NCBI GenBank assembly: GCA_964629655.1
Contig: CAZVQU010000001.1
Coordinates: 612,056 to 676,055, forward strand
Reading direction: 5' to 3'
Source of the DNA: an uncultured Planctomycetia bacterium
GTDB taxonomy: Bacteria > Omnitrophota > Gorgyraeia > Duberdicusellales > 4484-171
DNA: 64,000 bases
This document shows positions 39,016 to 51,000 of the stretch, piece after piece. Every line of letters begins with the position of its first letter. The stretch's first letter is position 1. The translations under genes were made by a program, and so were the position numbers. Under the pieces are notes generated by a model. The model was given only the letters and a program-made list of their open reading frames with translations. It searched no databases and had not been told where the DNA came from.

Positions 39016-39666
39016 GTGGCTAAAGTGTCTAAAAAAATAGGTTGGGAGATAGCAAAGACAATTTCCTTTCCGATACTTCTTTTTCTGCTATTTTTAAGCG
39101 CTTATGCATTTTACAAACTAAGAGTAGCGTCTTATGTATCGGTCGAACTACAGGAAGATTTAAAAAAGTATCTTCTGACCATAGTGATTATTATAATAGG
39201 TTTTATTATCAAAAGGGTTATTGCCGGAGTCTCAACCTGGTATAAGGAGAATATTGCTTCTAAGACAGCTAGTAGTCTGGATGATCAGTTAATTCCTATC
39301 GCCAGACGACTATTAAAAGTTGCGGTTTGGATTGTCGTTCTTTTAATTATCCTGCCTCTTTACGGAATCGATATAAGTGCCTTAATTACTGCCTTAGGAG
39401 TAAGTTCTTTAGCGATTGCCTTGGCTGCCAAAGATACCATTGCCAATATTATTTCCGGGTTTATGATTATGATTGACAGGCCTTTTAGGATAGGTGATAG
39501 AGTTAAGATTCCTTCAGGAGAAGTGGTCGATGTTTTAGAAATCGGAGTAAGGCGTTCAAAGTTTTTATCCCAAGATAAAGCGATAGTAATTGTACCTAAT
39601 TTAGAGTTAAGCAAAAGCAAAATCATCAACTATACTTACGGAGAAGAGAGGAATGCCAAAGACTAA
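39016..39666 (+). CDS. mscS: Small-conductance mechanosensitive channel (short MscS)
   Basis: ALAAKDTIANIISG, DRPFRIGDRV, IVPN, IINYT. Confidence 0.85.
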   Translation: MAKVSKKIGWEIAKTISFPILLFLLFLSAYAFYKLRVASYVSVELQEDLKKYLLTIVIIIIGFIIKRVIAGVSTWYKENIASKTASSLDDQLIPIARRLLKVAVWIVVLLIILPLYGIDISALITALGVSSLAIALAAKDTIANIISGFMIMIDRPFRIGDRVKIPSGEVVDVLEIGVRRSKFLSQDKAIVIVPNLELSKSKIINYTYGEERNAKD

Positions 39667-41986
39667 AGATATCTATTCTAACTATATCAATGATGAGCTC
39701 TGGTTGATAAAGGAGACCGGGTGGGCAAAGGAGTCTCAGAGTGTGAAAGAGTCCCAGTTCTCTTTGGGTAATGGCTATTTAGGCACAAGAGGTATTTATG
39801 AGGAGATACCTTATGATTGCGCACCGGGAACTTATATCGCTGGGATTTATGACAAGATGGCTTCTCAGGTCTCTGAAATGGTCAATTTTCCCAATCCAAT
39901 TAACTTTAAGTTTGCTGTTGGGGGTGAGAAGCTTGGCTTAATCGCTATGGATACAATTGACCATAAGAGAATTCTTAATATGAAAAAGGCTGTGTTAGCA
40001 AGGCATACTATATATAAAGATAGCAAAAATAGATGCTATGATTACCAGTCAGCAAGATTCATTTCCCGACACGATAAAAATATAGGAGTTATGCAAATAG
40101 CATTAACCCCTTTAGATTCTGCCTGCGTATTGGATGTAAATACTGGTATCGATACTTCTGTTTCTAATGTTGGAGTTTTAACCGAGGGCCGGAAAAAGCA
40201 TTTTCGTATCAAGGAGCTAGGCCAGTATAAGGGGGCTGGTTTTCTTATTCAGGAAACCTTTGAGAAAAAATACACGGTAGTATATTGGGCCGGGTTTTAT
40301 TATCATATCAATAATAAAAAAGTATTGCCTAAGGATAATATATTTAGTCTTAAACTTAAGAAGAACCAGACAGTGGTGTTCACTAAGGTATTTTGTATAA
40401 AACATTACCCTTCCAAAGGCAGTCACGCAGCTCAAAAAAGAGATGCTTTTAATATATTCCACAAGTCTTTTAAGAGTGATTTTTCAACCCTTCTTAAAAA
40501 CCATATTGATGCCTGGGATAAACTATGGAAGAGGGCCGATGTTGTTATTGAGGGGACAGCTAATATTCAGCAGAATATGCGTTTCAATATATATCATATG
40601 CTCACCTGCCTTCATTGCGATAATGGGTTTTCAAGTATTGGTGCAAGAACCTTAAGTGGCGAAGGATATCGGGGACACATATTTTGGGATGCAGAGATTT
40701 TTCTCCTGCCGTTTTATCTCTTTACTTTTCCTAAAGCAGCAAAGAATATGCTTCTCTATCGCTACCAAAGGTTAGAAGAATCAAGAAAAATCGCTAAAGG
40801 GAATGGCTATAAAGGTGTGCAGTTTGCCTGGGAGTCAGCCGGTACCGGGGAAGAAGAGACTCCAACCTGGGCTATAGATATTGACCGGACAATTATCAAG
40901 ATACATACCCATAAGATGGAGCACCATTTAACTGCTGATATTGCTTATGCTATTAACAAGTATTATATAGCTACTGGTGATGATAAATTTATGCAAGATG
41001 CTGGATATGAAATGCTTATAGAGACAGCAAGATTCTGGGCTTCACGGGTTAAGTATAATAAGAAGAAGGATAAGTATGAGATCAAACAGGTTATTGGCCC
41101 GGATGAGTTTCACGTTGCCGTAGATAATAATGCTTTTACCAATATGATGGCTAAGTGGAATTTATTATTGGTAGTTAAGATGCTGGAGAGGCTAAAGAAA
41201 AAAGCTAAAGTTTACAATAAGATAAGTAAAAAATTAGATTTAAAAGATAAGGAAATAAAGTCCTGGAAGAGAATCGCTTCCAAGATAATTACTCGGATGA
41301 ATAAGAAGAATATCATTGAACAGTCTGATGGTTTTTTTAAATTAAAAAAAGTCGCTCTTAATAGAACCGATGAGAACGGTATTCCGCTTATACCTTCAAA
41401 GATAAGAGCAAAGGATTTAGGCAAGACTCAGATAGTAAAGCAGGCCGATGTTTTAATGCTTATTTATCTACTTGGTGATATATTCAGTGCAAAGACAAAA
41501 CTTGCTAACTATGATTTTTATATCTCTCGTACAGTACATAAGTCTTCTCTAAGTGCTCCGATGCATGCTTTCATTGCTTCTGAGGTTGGAGATTTACAGA
41601 GGGCCTATAGTCTTTTTAATGTTGCTATGCGCACAGATATAAGTAATCTTTACGGAAATACTGCCGAGGGAGTCCATGCTGCATCTTTGGGAGGTACCTG
41701 GCAGGCTCTGGTTTTTGGTTTTGGTGGGGTTGTTATTAGGAATAGTGAATTATTTATAAATCCTCGCATGCCCCGTTCTTGGCGTAAGCTTAAGTTTTCT
41801 TTAAGTTGGCGAGACAGCTTAATCAAATTGCAAGTAACTAACGATATCATAAAGATAAAAGTATCTTGCTCTAAGCACAAAAAGACAAAAATAGGCATAT
41901 TTGATAAGTTGAGGATTATCAAAACCAACAAAATTCATACTTTCAAAAGGCATATTCATGGAGCGGTGAAGGAGGCGTATTACTAA
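39653..41986 (+). CDS. GH65 glycoside phosphorylase (trehalose/kojibiose phosphorylase-like)
   Basis: LGNGYLGTRG, GEGYRGHIFWD, GPDEFH, KQADV, TVHKSSLS, GVHAA. Confidence 0.9.
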   Translation: MPKTKDIYSNYINDELWLIKETGWAKESQSVKESQFSLGNGYLGTRGIYEEIPYDCAPGTYIAGIYDKMASQVSEMVNFPNPINFKFAVGGEKLGLIAMDTIDHKRILNMKKAVLARHTIYKDSKNRCYDYQSARFISRHDKNIGVMQIALTPLDSACVLDVNTGIDTSVSNVGVLTEGRKKHFRIKELGQYKGAGFLIQETFEKKYTVVYWAGFYYHINNKKVLPKDNIFSLKLKKNQTVVFTKVFCIKHYPSKGSHAAQKRDAFNIFHKSFKSDFSTLLKNHIDAWDKLWKRADVVIEGTANIQQNMRFNIYHMLTCLHCDNGFSSIGARTLSGEGYRGHIFWDAEIFLLPFYLFTFPKAAKNMLLYRYQRLEESRKIAKGNGYKGVQFAWESAGTGEEETPTWAIDIDRTIIKIHTHKMEHHLTADIAYAINKYYIATGDDKFMQDAGYEMLIETARFWASRVKYNKKKDKYEIKQVIGPDEFHVAVDNNAFTNMMAKWNLLLVVKMLERLKKKAKVYNKISKKLDLKDKEIKSWKRIASKIITRMNKKNIIEQSDGFFKLKKVALNRTDENGIPLIPSKIRAKDLGKTQIVKQADVLMLIYLLGDIFSAKTKLANYDFYISRTVHKSSLSAPMHAFIASEVGDLQRAYSLFNVAMRTDISNLYGNTAEGVHAASLGGTWQALVFGFGGVVIRNSELFINPRMPRSWRKLKFSLSWRDSLIKLQVTNDIIKIKVSCSKHKKTKIGIFDKLRIIKTNKIHTFKRHIHGAVKEAYY

Positions 41987-43182
41987 TGGGGACAAATAGT
42001 CTCAGTATCGCTCATTTTCACTGGGGATTCCCTCCGATAATTGGTGGAGTAGAGACTCATCTTACTATACTCTTACCCCAACTAGTGAAGTTAGGCCATA
42101 AGGTCAGCTTACTTACTGGTTCAATAGAAGGCTCTAAAGCGAGGTCTAAATATGAGGGGGCCCAGATTTACCGGACTCCGATTATGGATTTAAACTGGCT
42201 CTACAAACGGGGCTTAAGTGGTTTGGAAGAAGAGATCAAGAAAACTTTTGCTTCTTTTCTAGAGGATAGCCGTCCTGACATTGTTCATGTTCACAATATG
42301 CATTATTTTAGTCAAATTCATGTCAAGACCTTGGAGGGCCTGAGCAAGAAAAGAGGAATTCCCTTTGTTCTTACTGCCCATAATGTTTGGGATGACATCC
42401 TTTTTCTGGAGCTGACCCATAGGATAGATTGGTCCCAGATTATTGCTGTAAGCCACTTTATAAAAAAGGAAATTATCGGTATCGGCATAGATGATAAGAA
42501 GATTACTGTTGTTCACCATGGGGTAGATCAGGATAGGTTTACTCCCGGAGTAGATACAAAAGCAATATTAGCTAAGTATCCGCAACTTAAGGGTAAGAAA
42601 GTAATATTCCATCCGGCCCGGATTGGTTTAGCTAAAGGTTGTGATTTTAGCATTAAAGCTATGAACATAGTGAGACAGAAGAATCCTGATGCTTTGTTGG
42701 TTCTGGCCGGATCGAAAAACATTATTGATTGGGGAGGCAGCCAACAGAAAGACATTGCTTATTTGGTAGATTTGATAAAACACTTTGATATGGATGATAG
42801 TGTTTTGATAGATATGTATACCCTAGATGAGGTAAAGGAACTATATGAGGTAAGCGATATTTGTCTCTACCCTTCTTCTGCGCCTGAACCTTTCGGGTTA
42901 ACTATGCTTGAGGCTATGTCTATGGCTAAGCCGATGATCGTTACCAATATGGGGGGAATGCCCGAAATTATTAAGCATGGGATTAACGGCTTTGTTGTCC
43001 CGGTTAGGGATTTTGAGGCTATGGCAGGAAAGGTATGCCAATTGTTAGAGGATACAAAATTAAAAGAAAGGTTTGGCTATACCGGAAGACAAATGGTTGA
43101 GTCACAGTATACTAAAGAAAAAGTGACCGAGGAGACCCTGGGGGTTTATAAAAAAGTGATGAGTAGCAAAATAAGGAGTTAG
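41986..43182 (+). CDS. GT4 glycosyltransferase
   Basis: PPIIGGVE, HGVD, AKG, EPFGLTMLEAM. Confidence 0.9.
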   Translation: MGTNSLSIAHFHWGFPPIIGGVETHLTILLPQLVKLGHKVSLLTGSIEGSKARSKYEGAQIYRTPIMDLNWLYKRGLSGLEEEIKKTFASFLEDSRPDIVHVHNMHYFSQIHVKTLEGLSKKRGIPFVLTAHNVWDDILFLELTHRIDWSQIIAVSHFIKKEIIGIGIDDKKITVVHHGVDQDRFTPGVDTKAILAKYPQLKGKKVIFHPARIGLAKGCDFSIKAMNIVRQKNPDALLVLAGSKNIIDWGGSQQKDIAYLVDLIKHFDMDDSVLIDMYTLDEVKELYEVSDICLYPSSAPEPFGLTMLEAMSMAKPMIVTNMGGMPEIIKHGINGFVVPVRDFEAMAGKVCQLLEDTKLKERFGYTGRQMVESQYTKEKVTEETLGVYKKVMSSKIRS

Positions 43183-43183
43183 A

Positions 43184-45067
43184 GTGACTAAAGATTATTC
43201 CAATTTTTTAAAGGGGAAATTAAGTAAGGAGAGTTTTGAGAAGCTTTTGGCTTTAGAAAATTCTAAGGTTATTGACTTTGTTGGAGAGTATGTGGAGCTT
43301 TGTAACCCGGATTCAGTTTTTATCCGCACAGATACTCTTGCCGATTCAACTTACCTAAGAGAAAAGGCTAAGGCTTTGAGTGAAGAGAAGAGTTTAAAAA
43401 TCCAAGGCCACACAATTCATTTTGATAGCCCGCTTGATCAGGCCCGAGATAAAAAGAATACCAAGTATCTTGTCTCTAAAGACCTAAAGGCTCAAAGCTA
43501 TTTAAATAGTCTTGATTATGACCAGGGGACGGCTGAGGTAAGAGGGATATTAAAGGATATCATGAAGGGCAAAGAGATGTTTGTGTGTTTCTTCTGTTTA
43601 GGCCCGGTTGATTCTGACTTTTCGATTTTAGCAGTGCAGATTACTGACTCCTCTTATGTAGTCCACTCCGAGGATATCCTTTATCGACCAGGCTATGAGC
43701 AGTTGAAGAAAAACAAAGGCCAGGGAGAATTTTTTTCGTTTGTGCATTCGGCCGGAGTTTTAGAGAATAATGTAAGTAAAAATGTAGATAAACGAAGAGT
43801 GTATATTGACTTGGAGAATAATTTAGTCTATAGCGTAAATACTCAATACGCCGGTAATACCGTAGGTTTGAAAAAACTTTCCCTAAGGCTTGCCATAAAA
43901 AAGGCTTACCAGGAAGGCTGGCTTGCTGAGCATATGTTCGTAATGAATGTTGCAAGAGAAGACGGAAAAAAGGCTTATTTTTGCGGAGCTTATCCCAGCA
44001 TGTGTGGTAAGACTTCTACAGCTATGCTTCAGGGCGAATCAATTATCGGAGATGATATAGCTTATTTGCGAGCCAAAGACGGCAAAGCTTATGCTGTAAA
44101 CGTAGAGAGGGGTATTTTTGGTATTATCAAAGATGTAAATCCTAAAGATGATCCAGTGCTGTTTGAATCTTTGACTAAGCAAGGAGAGGTTATCTTTTCT
44201 AATATTTTAATCGATGAAGACAAGGAAGTCTTCTGGATTGGCAAGAGCAAGGAAGTCCCTCCCAGAGGGATCAATTATGCTGGAGCCTGGAGACCGGGGC
44301 AAACTAACGCCGAAGGCGGGGAAATTACGCCATCGCATAAGAATGCTCGTTACACTATAAGATTAAAAGATTTAAAGAATGTAGACGAGAATTTAGAAAA
44401 ACCCCAAGGGGTTGAGGTCAAAGGGCTAGTTTACGGTGGAAGAGATTCTGACACCTCTGTTCCCGTAGAACAAGCTTTATCTTGGCAGCAGGGGATTATT
44501 ACTAAAGCAGCAAGCCTAGAGTCAGAGACAACAGCTGCTACTTTAGGCAAGGAAGGAGTAAGAGTCTTTAACCCTATGGCTAATATGGATTTTTTATCCA
44601 TTCCTCTGGGAAAATATATAGAGGCAAATTTAGGATTTGCCGAAAAACTAACCGAGGAGCCTCTGATATTTTCAGCCAACTACTTCTTAAGAAATAAGAA
44701 TGGTGAGTTTTTAAATGGAATTCAAGATAAACGGGTTTGGCTTAAGTGGATGAGATTGCGATCCGAAAGCTCGGTAAAGGCGTTAATAAGCCCGACAGGA
44801 TTAATACCCGAATATCGAGATTTAAAGAAACTGTTCAAAGAGATTCTAGATAAAGATTATAGTGAAGCTGAATATGTTGAGCAGTTTACCATAAGAATAC
44901 CAGAGAATCTGGCAAAGATAGAGAGAATTAAAAGTATCTATAAAAAATTAGAGGGAATCCCTTCTGGGCTTTTTACTGAATTAGATGCTCAAAGTGAGCG
45001 CTTAAAAGAAGCTCAAAAGGGAAATGGAGATTATATTAATCCTACAAATTTATCTTGTGAGGTGTAG
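43184..45067 (+). CDS. pckG: Phosphoenolpyruvate carboxykinase (GTP)
   Basis: [42 protein letters not shown]. Confidence 0.93.
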   Translation: MTKDYSNFLKGKLSKESFEKLLALENSKVIDFVGEYVELCNPDSVFIRTDTLADSTYLREKAKALSEEKSLKIQGHTIHFDSPLDQARDKKNTKYLVSKDLKAQSYLNSLDYDQGTAEVRGILKDIMKGKEMFVCFFCLGPVDSDFSILAVQITDSSYVVHSEDILYRPGYEQLKKNKGQGEFFSFVHSAGVLENNVSKNVDKRRVYIDLENNLVYSVNTQYAGNTVGLKKLSLRLAIKKAYQEGWLAEHMFVMNVAREDGKKAYFCGAYPSMCGKTSTAMLQGESIIGDDIAYLRAKDGKAYAVNVERGIFGIIKDVNPKDDPVLFESLTKQGEVIFSNILIDEDKEVFWIGKSKEVPPRGINYAGAWRPGQTNAEGGEITPSHKNARYTIRLKDLKNVDENLEKPQGVEVKGLVYGGRDSDTSVPVEQALSWQQGIITKAASLESETTAATLGKEGVRVFNPMANMDFLSIPLGKYIEANLGFAEKLTEEPLIFSANYFLRNKNGEFLNGIQDKRVWLKWMRLRSESSVKALISPTGLIPEYRDLKKLFKEILDKDYSEAEYVEQFTIRIPENLAKIERIKSIYKKLEGIPSGLFTELDAQSERLKEAQKGNGDYINPTNLSCEV

Positions 45068-45069
45068 CT

Positions 45070-45951
45070 ATGAGTAATGATTTAGGACCGAGGAGTTTAA
45101 AACTGTTTAAAAAAGGAAAAGTGAGGAATGTTTATAATTTAGGAGAGCAATTGTTAATGGTTGCTACTGACAGGATATCTTGTTTTGACTCTGTTTTAGC
45201 TACCCCGATTCCTGATAAAGGGAAAATTCTAACTCAAGTTTCCTTATTTTGGTTTTCATTCTTAAAAGACACAGTAGAAAACCATCTTATCTCAACAAGC
45301 CTAGAAGATCTACCCGATTCGGTCGAAGATAAGAATAAGTTAGAAGGGCGCTTTATGATTACTAAGAAGTGCGAGGTTATACCTTTTGAGTGTGTAGTTA
45401 GAGGTTATCTTTCTGGTTCAGGGTGGAAAGAATACAAAGCTAAACAAAGCGTTTGTGGGATAGAGTTGCCGGCTGGTTTAAAAGAGTCAAGTAAATTAGC
45501 CGAGCCTATCTTTACCCCGGCCACTAAAGCTGAAACCGGGCATGATGAGAATGTAAGTTTTGATTATATGAAGAATTCGATAGGAGAAGATTTAGCTAAC
45601 AGGGTAAGAGACACCAGCATTGCTATTTACAACAAGGCTGCCGAATATGCCCAAAGTAAAGGCGTGATTATTGCTGATACCAAGTTTGAATTTGGTATTT
45701 ATGGCGATACATTCATCTTAATTGATGAAGTTTTAACTCCCGATTCGTCTCGTTTCTGGCCCAAGGATGATTATGAACCTGGAAGGCCACAGGCAAGTTT
45801 TGATAAACAATTCGTTCGTGATTATCTAGAAATTTCCGGTTGGGATAAGACCCCTCCTGCTCCTGTCTTACCCGATGGGGTAGTATCTAAGACTCAAGAG
45901 AAGTACAAGCAAGTTTTGAAGATGCTTACTGGTAGTGATTTCGCCGAATAG
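45070..45951 (+). CDS. purC: SAICAR synthase
   Basis: [35 protein letters not shown]. Confidence 0.96.
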   Translation: MSNDLGPRSLKLFKKGKVRNVYNLGEQLLMVATDRISCFDSVLATPIPDKGKILTQVSLFWFSFLKDTVENHLISTSLEDLPDSVEDKNKLEGRFMITKKCEVIPFECVVRGYLSGSGWKEYKAKQSVCGIELPAGLKESSKLAEPIFTPATKAETGHDENVSFDYMKNSIGEDLANRVRDTSIAIYNKAAEYAQSKGVIIADTKFEFGIYGDTFILIDEVLTPDSSRFWPKDDYEPGRPQASFDKQFVRDYLEISGWDKTPPAPVLPDGVVSKTQEKYKQVLKMLTGSDFAE

Positions 45952-46039
45952 TATTGACAATTGCCAGATATATAGTATTTTATAGTATCATCTTATATTT
46001 ATTAATATTACCAAGAGTTAAGTAAAAAAAGCAGGAATA

Positions 46040-46831
46040 ATGGAGATAGTAGTCTGCATAAAACAAGTCCCCGGTACCACAGATGTAAAGATTAACCCTG
46101 AGACTAATACCTTAATAAGGGAAGGGGTTGAGTCTATCATTAATCCTTTTGATATGTATGCTATCGAGGAAGCAGTAAGATTAAAAGAGCGTTTCGGCGG
46201 TCATGTATCAGTTATTACTATGGGGCCACCTCAAGCCGAGGCTGCTTTAAGAGAGGCTATTTCTTTGGGTATAGATTCAGCAATCCACCTTTGCGATAGA
46301 GCCTTTGCCGGCTCAGATACCTGGGCTACAAGTTTAATCTTAGCTAAAGCTATTGAGAAAATCAATAATTGTGATTTAGTAATTTGTGGCAAACAAGCCT
46401 CAGATGGAGATACTGCTCAGGTAGGCCCAGGTATAGCTACTCACCTCAATCTGCCTCAGGCTACTTATGTTCGCAGAGTAGACTCTGTACATCTTGACAC
46501 TGCCCCTAAAATTATGGTGGTAGAGAGATTGCTTGAGGAAGGTTATGAATTAATAGAGCTTGGACTGCCAGCACTGATTACAGTAGTAAAAGAAATAAAT
46601 GAACCAAGATTACCCTCACTAAGAGGGAAGATGAGTTCGAGAAAGGCTGAAATTGCTCTTTGGGGTAATAAGGATTTGGGTTTGTCTGAAAATCAGATCG
46701 GCCTGAATGGTTCGCCTACTCAAGTAGTTAAGATATTCACACCACCCCACAAAGAGGGTGGAAAGACTTTCCAGGGAGAACCTCAGGAAATAGTAGACAA
46801 ACTATTTGAAGAGATAAAAGATATACTATGA
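46040..46831 (+). CDS. etfB: Electron transfer flavoprotein beta subunit
   Basis: VCIKQVP, INPFD, FAGSDTWAT, GKQASDGDTAQVG. Confidence 0.95.
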   Translation: MEIVVCIKQVPGTTDVKINPETNTLIREGVESIINPFDMYAIEEAVRLKERFGGHVSVITMGPPQAEAALREAISLGIDSAIHLCDRAFAGSDTWATSLILAKAIEKINNCDLVICGKQASDGDTAQVGPGIATHLNLPQATYVRRVDSVHLDTAPKIMVVERLLEEGYELIELGLPALITVVKEINEPRLPSLRGKMSSRKAEIALWGNKDLGLSENQIGLNGSPTQVVKIFTPPHKEGGKTFQGEPQEIVDKLFEEIKDIL

Positions 46832-48021
46832 GTGGCATAAAAATAATTTTAGATAAGTGTGTTGGCTGTGGCCTTTGCCTTAAAGCTTGTCCTCTGGCAG
46901 CTATAGAGCTAAAAGAGATGAAGGCGATAATTGATTTAGATAAGTGCAATCTCTGTGGTGCTTGTATAGAGAGTTGTACTTTTAAGGCTATCAAAATTGA
47001 ACGCAAGGCAATAGTACAAGATGATATATCAAGCTACAAAGGCGTCTGGGTGTTTGCTGAGCAAAGAGATGGCATTATTGCTTCAGTAGTATTTGAGCTT
47101 CTGGCAAAGGCAAAAGAGTTAGCTGGAGATCTTAATACTTATGTTGGAGCAGTATTCCTTGGTTCGGGGATATCAGATAAAGCCGAAGAGTTGATCCATC
47201 GTGGGGCTGATAAGGTATTTGTTGTTGATTCACCAGTGCTGGAGCACTATATTGCTGAGAATTATACCAAAGCTATATCAGGGCTAATTGGAAAACATAA
47301 GCCCGAGATTTTCTTAGCCGGAGCTACTACTACCGGAAGAAGCTTGGTTTCAAGAATAGCTGTAAATATTTATACCGGCCTAACCGCTGATTGCACCGGT
47401 TTAGATATTGATAAAGAGAAGAAAATTCTGATCCAGACTCGTCCGGCCTTTGGTGGTAATATTATGGCTCAGATCATATCTCCAAACTATAGGCCTCAGA
47501 TGGCGACAGTCCGGCATAAGGTAATGCCTGAGGCTAGCGCCGATACCTCAAGAAAGGGTGAAATTATTCAAGAGAGTTTTGATCAGAACTTGCAGGATAA
47601 AAGGATAAAATTTTTGGATTTTATAAAGGAAGCTATTTCTACTGTAAATTTATCTGAAGCTGATATAATTGTTTCTGGCGGCCGAGGCTTGGGTGAAGGA
47701 AAGAATTTTGCTTTGATAGAAGAGTTGGCAGAATGCTTAGGCGCTGCCGTAGGTTCTTCAAGAGCTAGCGTAGATGCCGGCTGGATACCTTATTCTCATC
47801 AGGTCGGACAGACCGGACGAACTGTATGTCCCAAGATATATATTGCTTGCGGCATATCCGGTCAAATTCAACACTTAGTTGGCATGCAATCATCAAAGAC
47901 AATCATTGCTATCAATAAGGATCCTGATGCTCCGATATTTAAAGTTGCAGATTACAGTATTGTTGGAGATCTTTTTAAAATTATTCCCCTCTTAATCAAG
48001 AAACTAAAAGAGGGCCAATAA
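46828..48021 (+). CDS. etfA: Electron transfer flavoprotein alpha subunit with N-terminal 2x[4Fe-4S] domain
   Basis: Two CxxCxxCxxxC motifs, GLTADCT, RPAFGG, QVGQTG, GISGQIQH. Confidence 0.94.
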   Translation: MSGIKIILDKCVGCGLCLKACPLAAIELKEMKAIIDLDKCNLCGACIESCTFKAIKIERKAIVQDDISSYKGVWVFAEQRDGIIASVVFELLAKAKELAGDLNTYVGAVFLGSGISDKAEELIHRGADKVFVVDSPVLEHYIAENYTKAISGLIGKHKPEIFLAGATTTGRSLVSRIAVNIYTGLTADCTGLDIDKEKKILIQTRPAFGGNIMAQIISPNYRPQMATVRHKVMPEASADTSRKGEIIQESFDQNLQDKRIKFLDFIKEAISTVNLSEADIIVSGGRGLGEGKNFALIEELAECLGAAVGSSRASVDAGWIPYSHQVGQTGRTVCPKIYIACGISGQIQHLVGMQSSKTIIAINKDPDAPIFKVADYSIVGDLFKIIPLLIKKLKEGQ

Positions 48022-48042
48022 GGTTCGTTTTAAAACAGCTGT

Positions 48043-51000
48043 ATGTATTTAAAAGAATTAGAAATTTTTGGTTTCAAATCCTTCCCTGAAAAGACTTCTC
48101 TTAAATTTGAGTCAGGAATAACCGCAGTAGTGGGCCCCAATGGTTGTGGTAAATCCAATGTATTTGATGCTGTTAAGTGGGCTTTAGGAGAGCAGAGTCC
48201 TAAGTCTTTGCGGGGCACGAAGATGGAGGATATCATTTTTAACGGCACTGAGCGTCAGTCTCCATTAAATTATGCGGAAGTTGGTTTAACTTTTTGCAAC
48301 GAGGATAAGTATTTGCCTATAGATTATAAGGAAGTATCAGTTGCCCGCCGTCTTTATCGCTCCGGTGAGAGCCAATACTTTATAAATAAAAATATAGTCA
48401 GGTTAAAAGATGTTCAAGAGCTGTTCATGGGAACCGGTATCGGAGAAGCTACTTATTCTTTTGTTGAGCAGGGCAAGATCGAAATCTTCCTAAGCTATAA
48501 GCCTGAAGACAAGCGGTTAATATTTGATGAGGCTAGCGGAATAGTAAAGTATAAGGAGAGAAAGAGAGAGACTTTACGCCGGTTGGCTGAAGCTGATGAA
48601 AACTTACTCCGCTTGGAAGATATTCTTTTTGAAGTAAGAAGACAAATACGTTATCTCGACAGGCAGGTCGCTAAAGCAAAGAAATATAAGCAAGTTCAGG
48701 AAAATCTTGTTGAAGTTGAGAAGAAAATCGCTTCTGTTCAATTTTTAGAGTTAGAAGGAAAAATCGGTAAACTCAACCAGGAATTAAGTCTTTTTGAAGA
48801 TAAAGAAAAGGGTAAGGAGGCTCAGCTGCAGGAGGTTAGTAACCGTTGGGAGGAGTTAAACCATCAGCTAAGGCTCCTAAGAAACAAACTGGAAGAAGCC
48901 GCAACCGACATAGTCTCTTTGAACGGTAGAATAGAAAGTTCTGACAGTCATATTAATGTTGATCAACAGAGAATAAGGGAGTTAGAGCAACGAGGTGCTA
49001 ATCTTGAAATGGCCCGTACTAATCTTAACCAGAGATTGCGGTTGCAAGAGCAGAGGAGCCAGGAAGAAGCAGTACGGATGCAAGCTATTAAAGCAGATTT
49101 GGAAGAATTAGAGAAGAGCGTTGAGAGGAAGTTTCAGGAAAAAGAGAGCATTAAGGCAGAAGTAGATAGTGCCAAACGGGAAGTTAATGAGGCCAAGACA
49201 AAGGTATTGGATTTAGAGAGCAAAAGAGTCCAATTTCAAAATACTCTTATTGAAACTCAGACTAAATCAGCTTCTTTAACCAATAGAAAGAAGAGATTGC
49301 TTCTAGATAAGGCCAAGTTGGATACCTTGTTAACAGAGAATAAGGATAATCTAGGATTAGTCAGCGAAGAATCCAAGAAAGTCGAGGATGAGTTAAAAGT
49401 CTTACAGGAAGCAAGAAGCGGCCTAGCCCAAAAAGAAAAAGAATTGGCTGCCTCGATAGAAGATTTACGGTCGAAATTAGTAGACAAAGAGAAAGAACTT
49501 TTAGAGTTAAGAGCTTCCTATGATTTTCTAAAAGATTTAAAGATAAAATATGAAACTTTTTCAGTCCAGAAGAAAGTTACTGTTATCTTTGATGAAGAGC
49601 CAAAAAATATCAATAAGTTAGTTGCTTCTTTGCAGGATGTAGAGTTTAAAAAAGATGGTCGAGGGTTTATCGCCCAGATAGAAGCTAAGGTCGTTTCTTT
49701 TGAAGAGAAGCAATTAGAAGACAAAATCGCTCTTACCGAAAGCCAAATTGAAGGAATAAAGCAAGAGCAAGAAAGCCTAGGCCGGCAGAAAGCTGAGCTT
49801 AGCAAAGATCTTGCAAGTGAAAATACTCAAATTGAAGAGGTAAGGGTAAAAGTACAGCAGAGTTCCCAAGAGAAGGATGGCTTGGCTCGAGAGGTTGAGC
49901 GTCTGGAAGAAGAATCAGAACTTCTCGCTCAGGAAGAAAAGTCTACCCTTGATGATGTTGAGGATTGTGAAAAAAAGCAGAAAGAAATCGAGGATGAATT
50001 AGCGCTTTATCAGGGGAATTTAGATGCGGCCAATGAGAGCTTATCCGTTGCTCATGAAGTTATAACCAACGGTTTAGAGAGAATAAAGAATATAGACCTT
50101 GAGTCAACCCGTGACATTGCTCAGAAGCAATCCTTGCATAAGGAGAGCGAAGCTTTAGAGTCTAAAGTCACACTCTTTCAGGATGAGATAAATAACATTA
50201 AACGTAATTTAGAAGGAGTTGATAAAGAAGGAGAGGAAGGGAAGCTCAAGATTAGCTCTTTCAATAGCCAGATTGAGAGCTTAAAGGCAAAAATAGAGGA
50301 AGATAAGCTCAAAATAGAGGAGCGGATAAAAGGAAAGCAAGGTTTAGAGGAAGAGGAGATATCTTCAAATAAGGATATTGATAAGGTTAAAGAAGATATC
50401 CAAGGCCTGGAGAAAGAAGCCCAAGCCTTACGTGACTCTGCTTATAATAAGAAATTAGAGATTCAAAGTTTAGAATATGAGAAGGAGAAGGTGAGAGATT
50501 ATCTGCGTCAGGTTTATCAGGTTGAGTTTGATGCTCAAGGTCAGCCCGAAGTTCAAGAAGACATAAATACTCTTTCAACCGAGAAAGAAAAGTTACAAAA
50601 ACGGGTTAGGTCTTTGGGTGAGGTTAACCTGGTAGCTATCGAGGAGTTTGAAGAGCTCAAAAAACGTGAACAGTTTTTAGATAGCCAGAAGCAAGATCTA
50701 ATTATCTCCAAAGAGAGCCTAAAGAAAGCAATTTCAAAGATTAACCGTACCTCACGAGAACTCTTCCTAGATACTTTTGGCAAAATAGAACAGGAGTTCA
50801 AGAAGAATTTCAGGTTCTTATTTAATGGCGGTAGAGCCAATCTTATTCTTATTGATAGAGATAATATTTTAGAGTCAGGGGTTGAGATTGAAGTTCAACC
50901 CCCGGGAAAGAAATTGCAGAATGTTTCTCTTCTTTCAGGAGGAGAAAAATCCCTAACAGCCATAGCTTTAATTTTTGCCATTTTTACGGTAAGACCGTCT

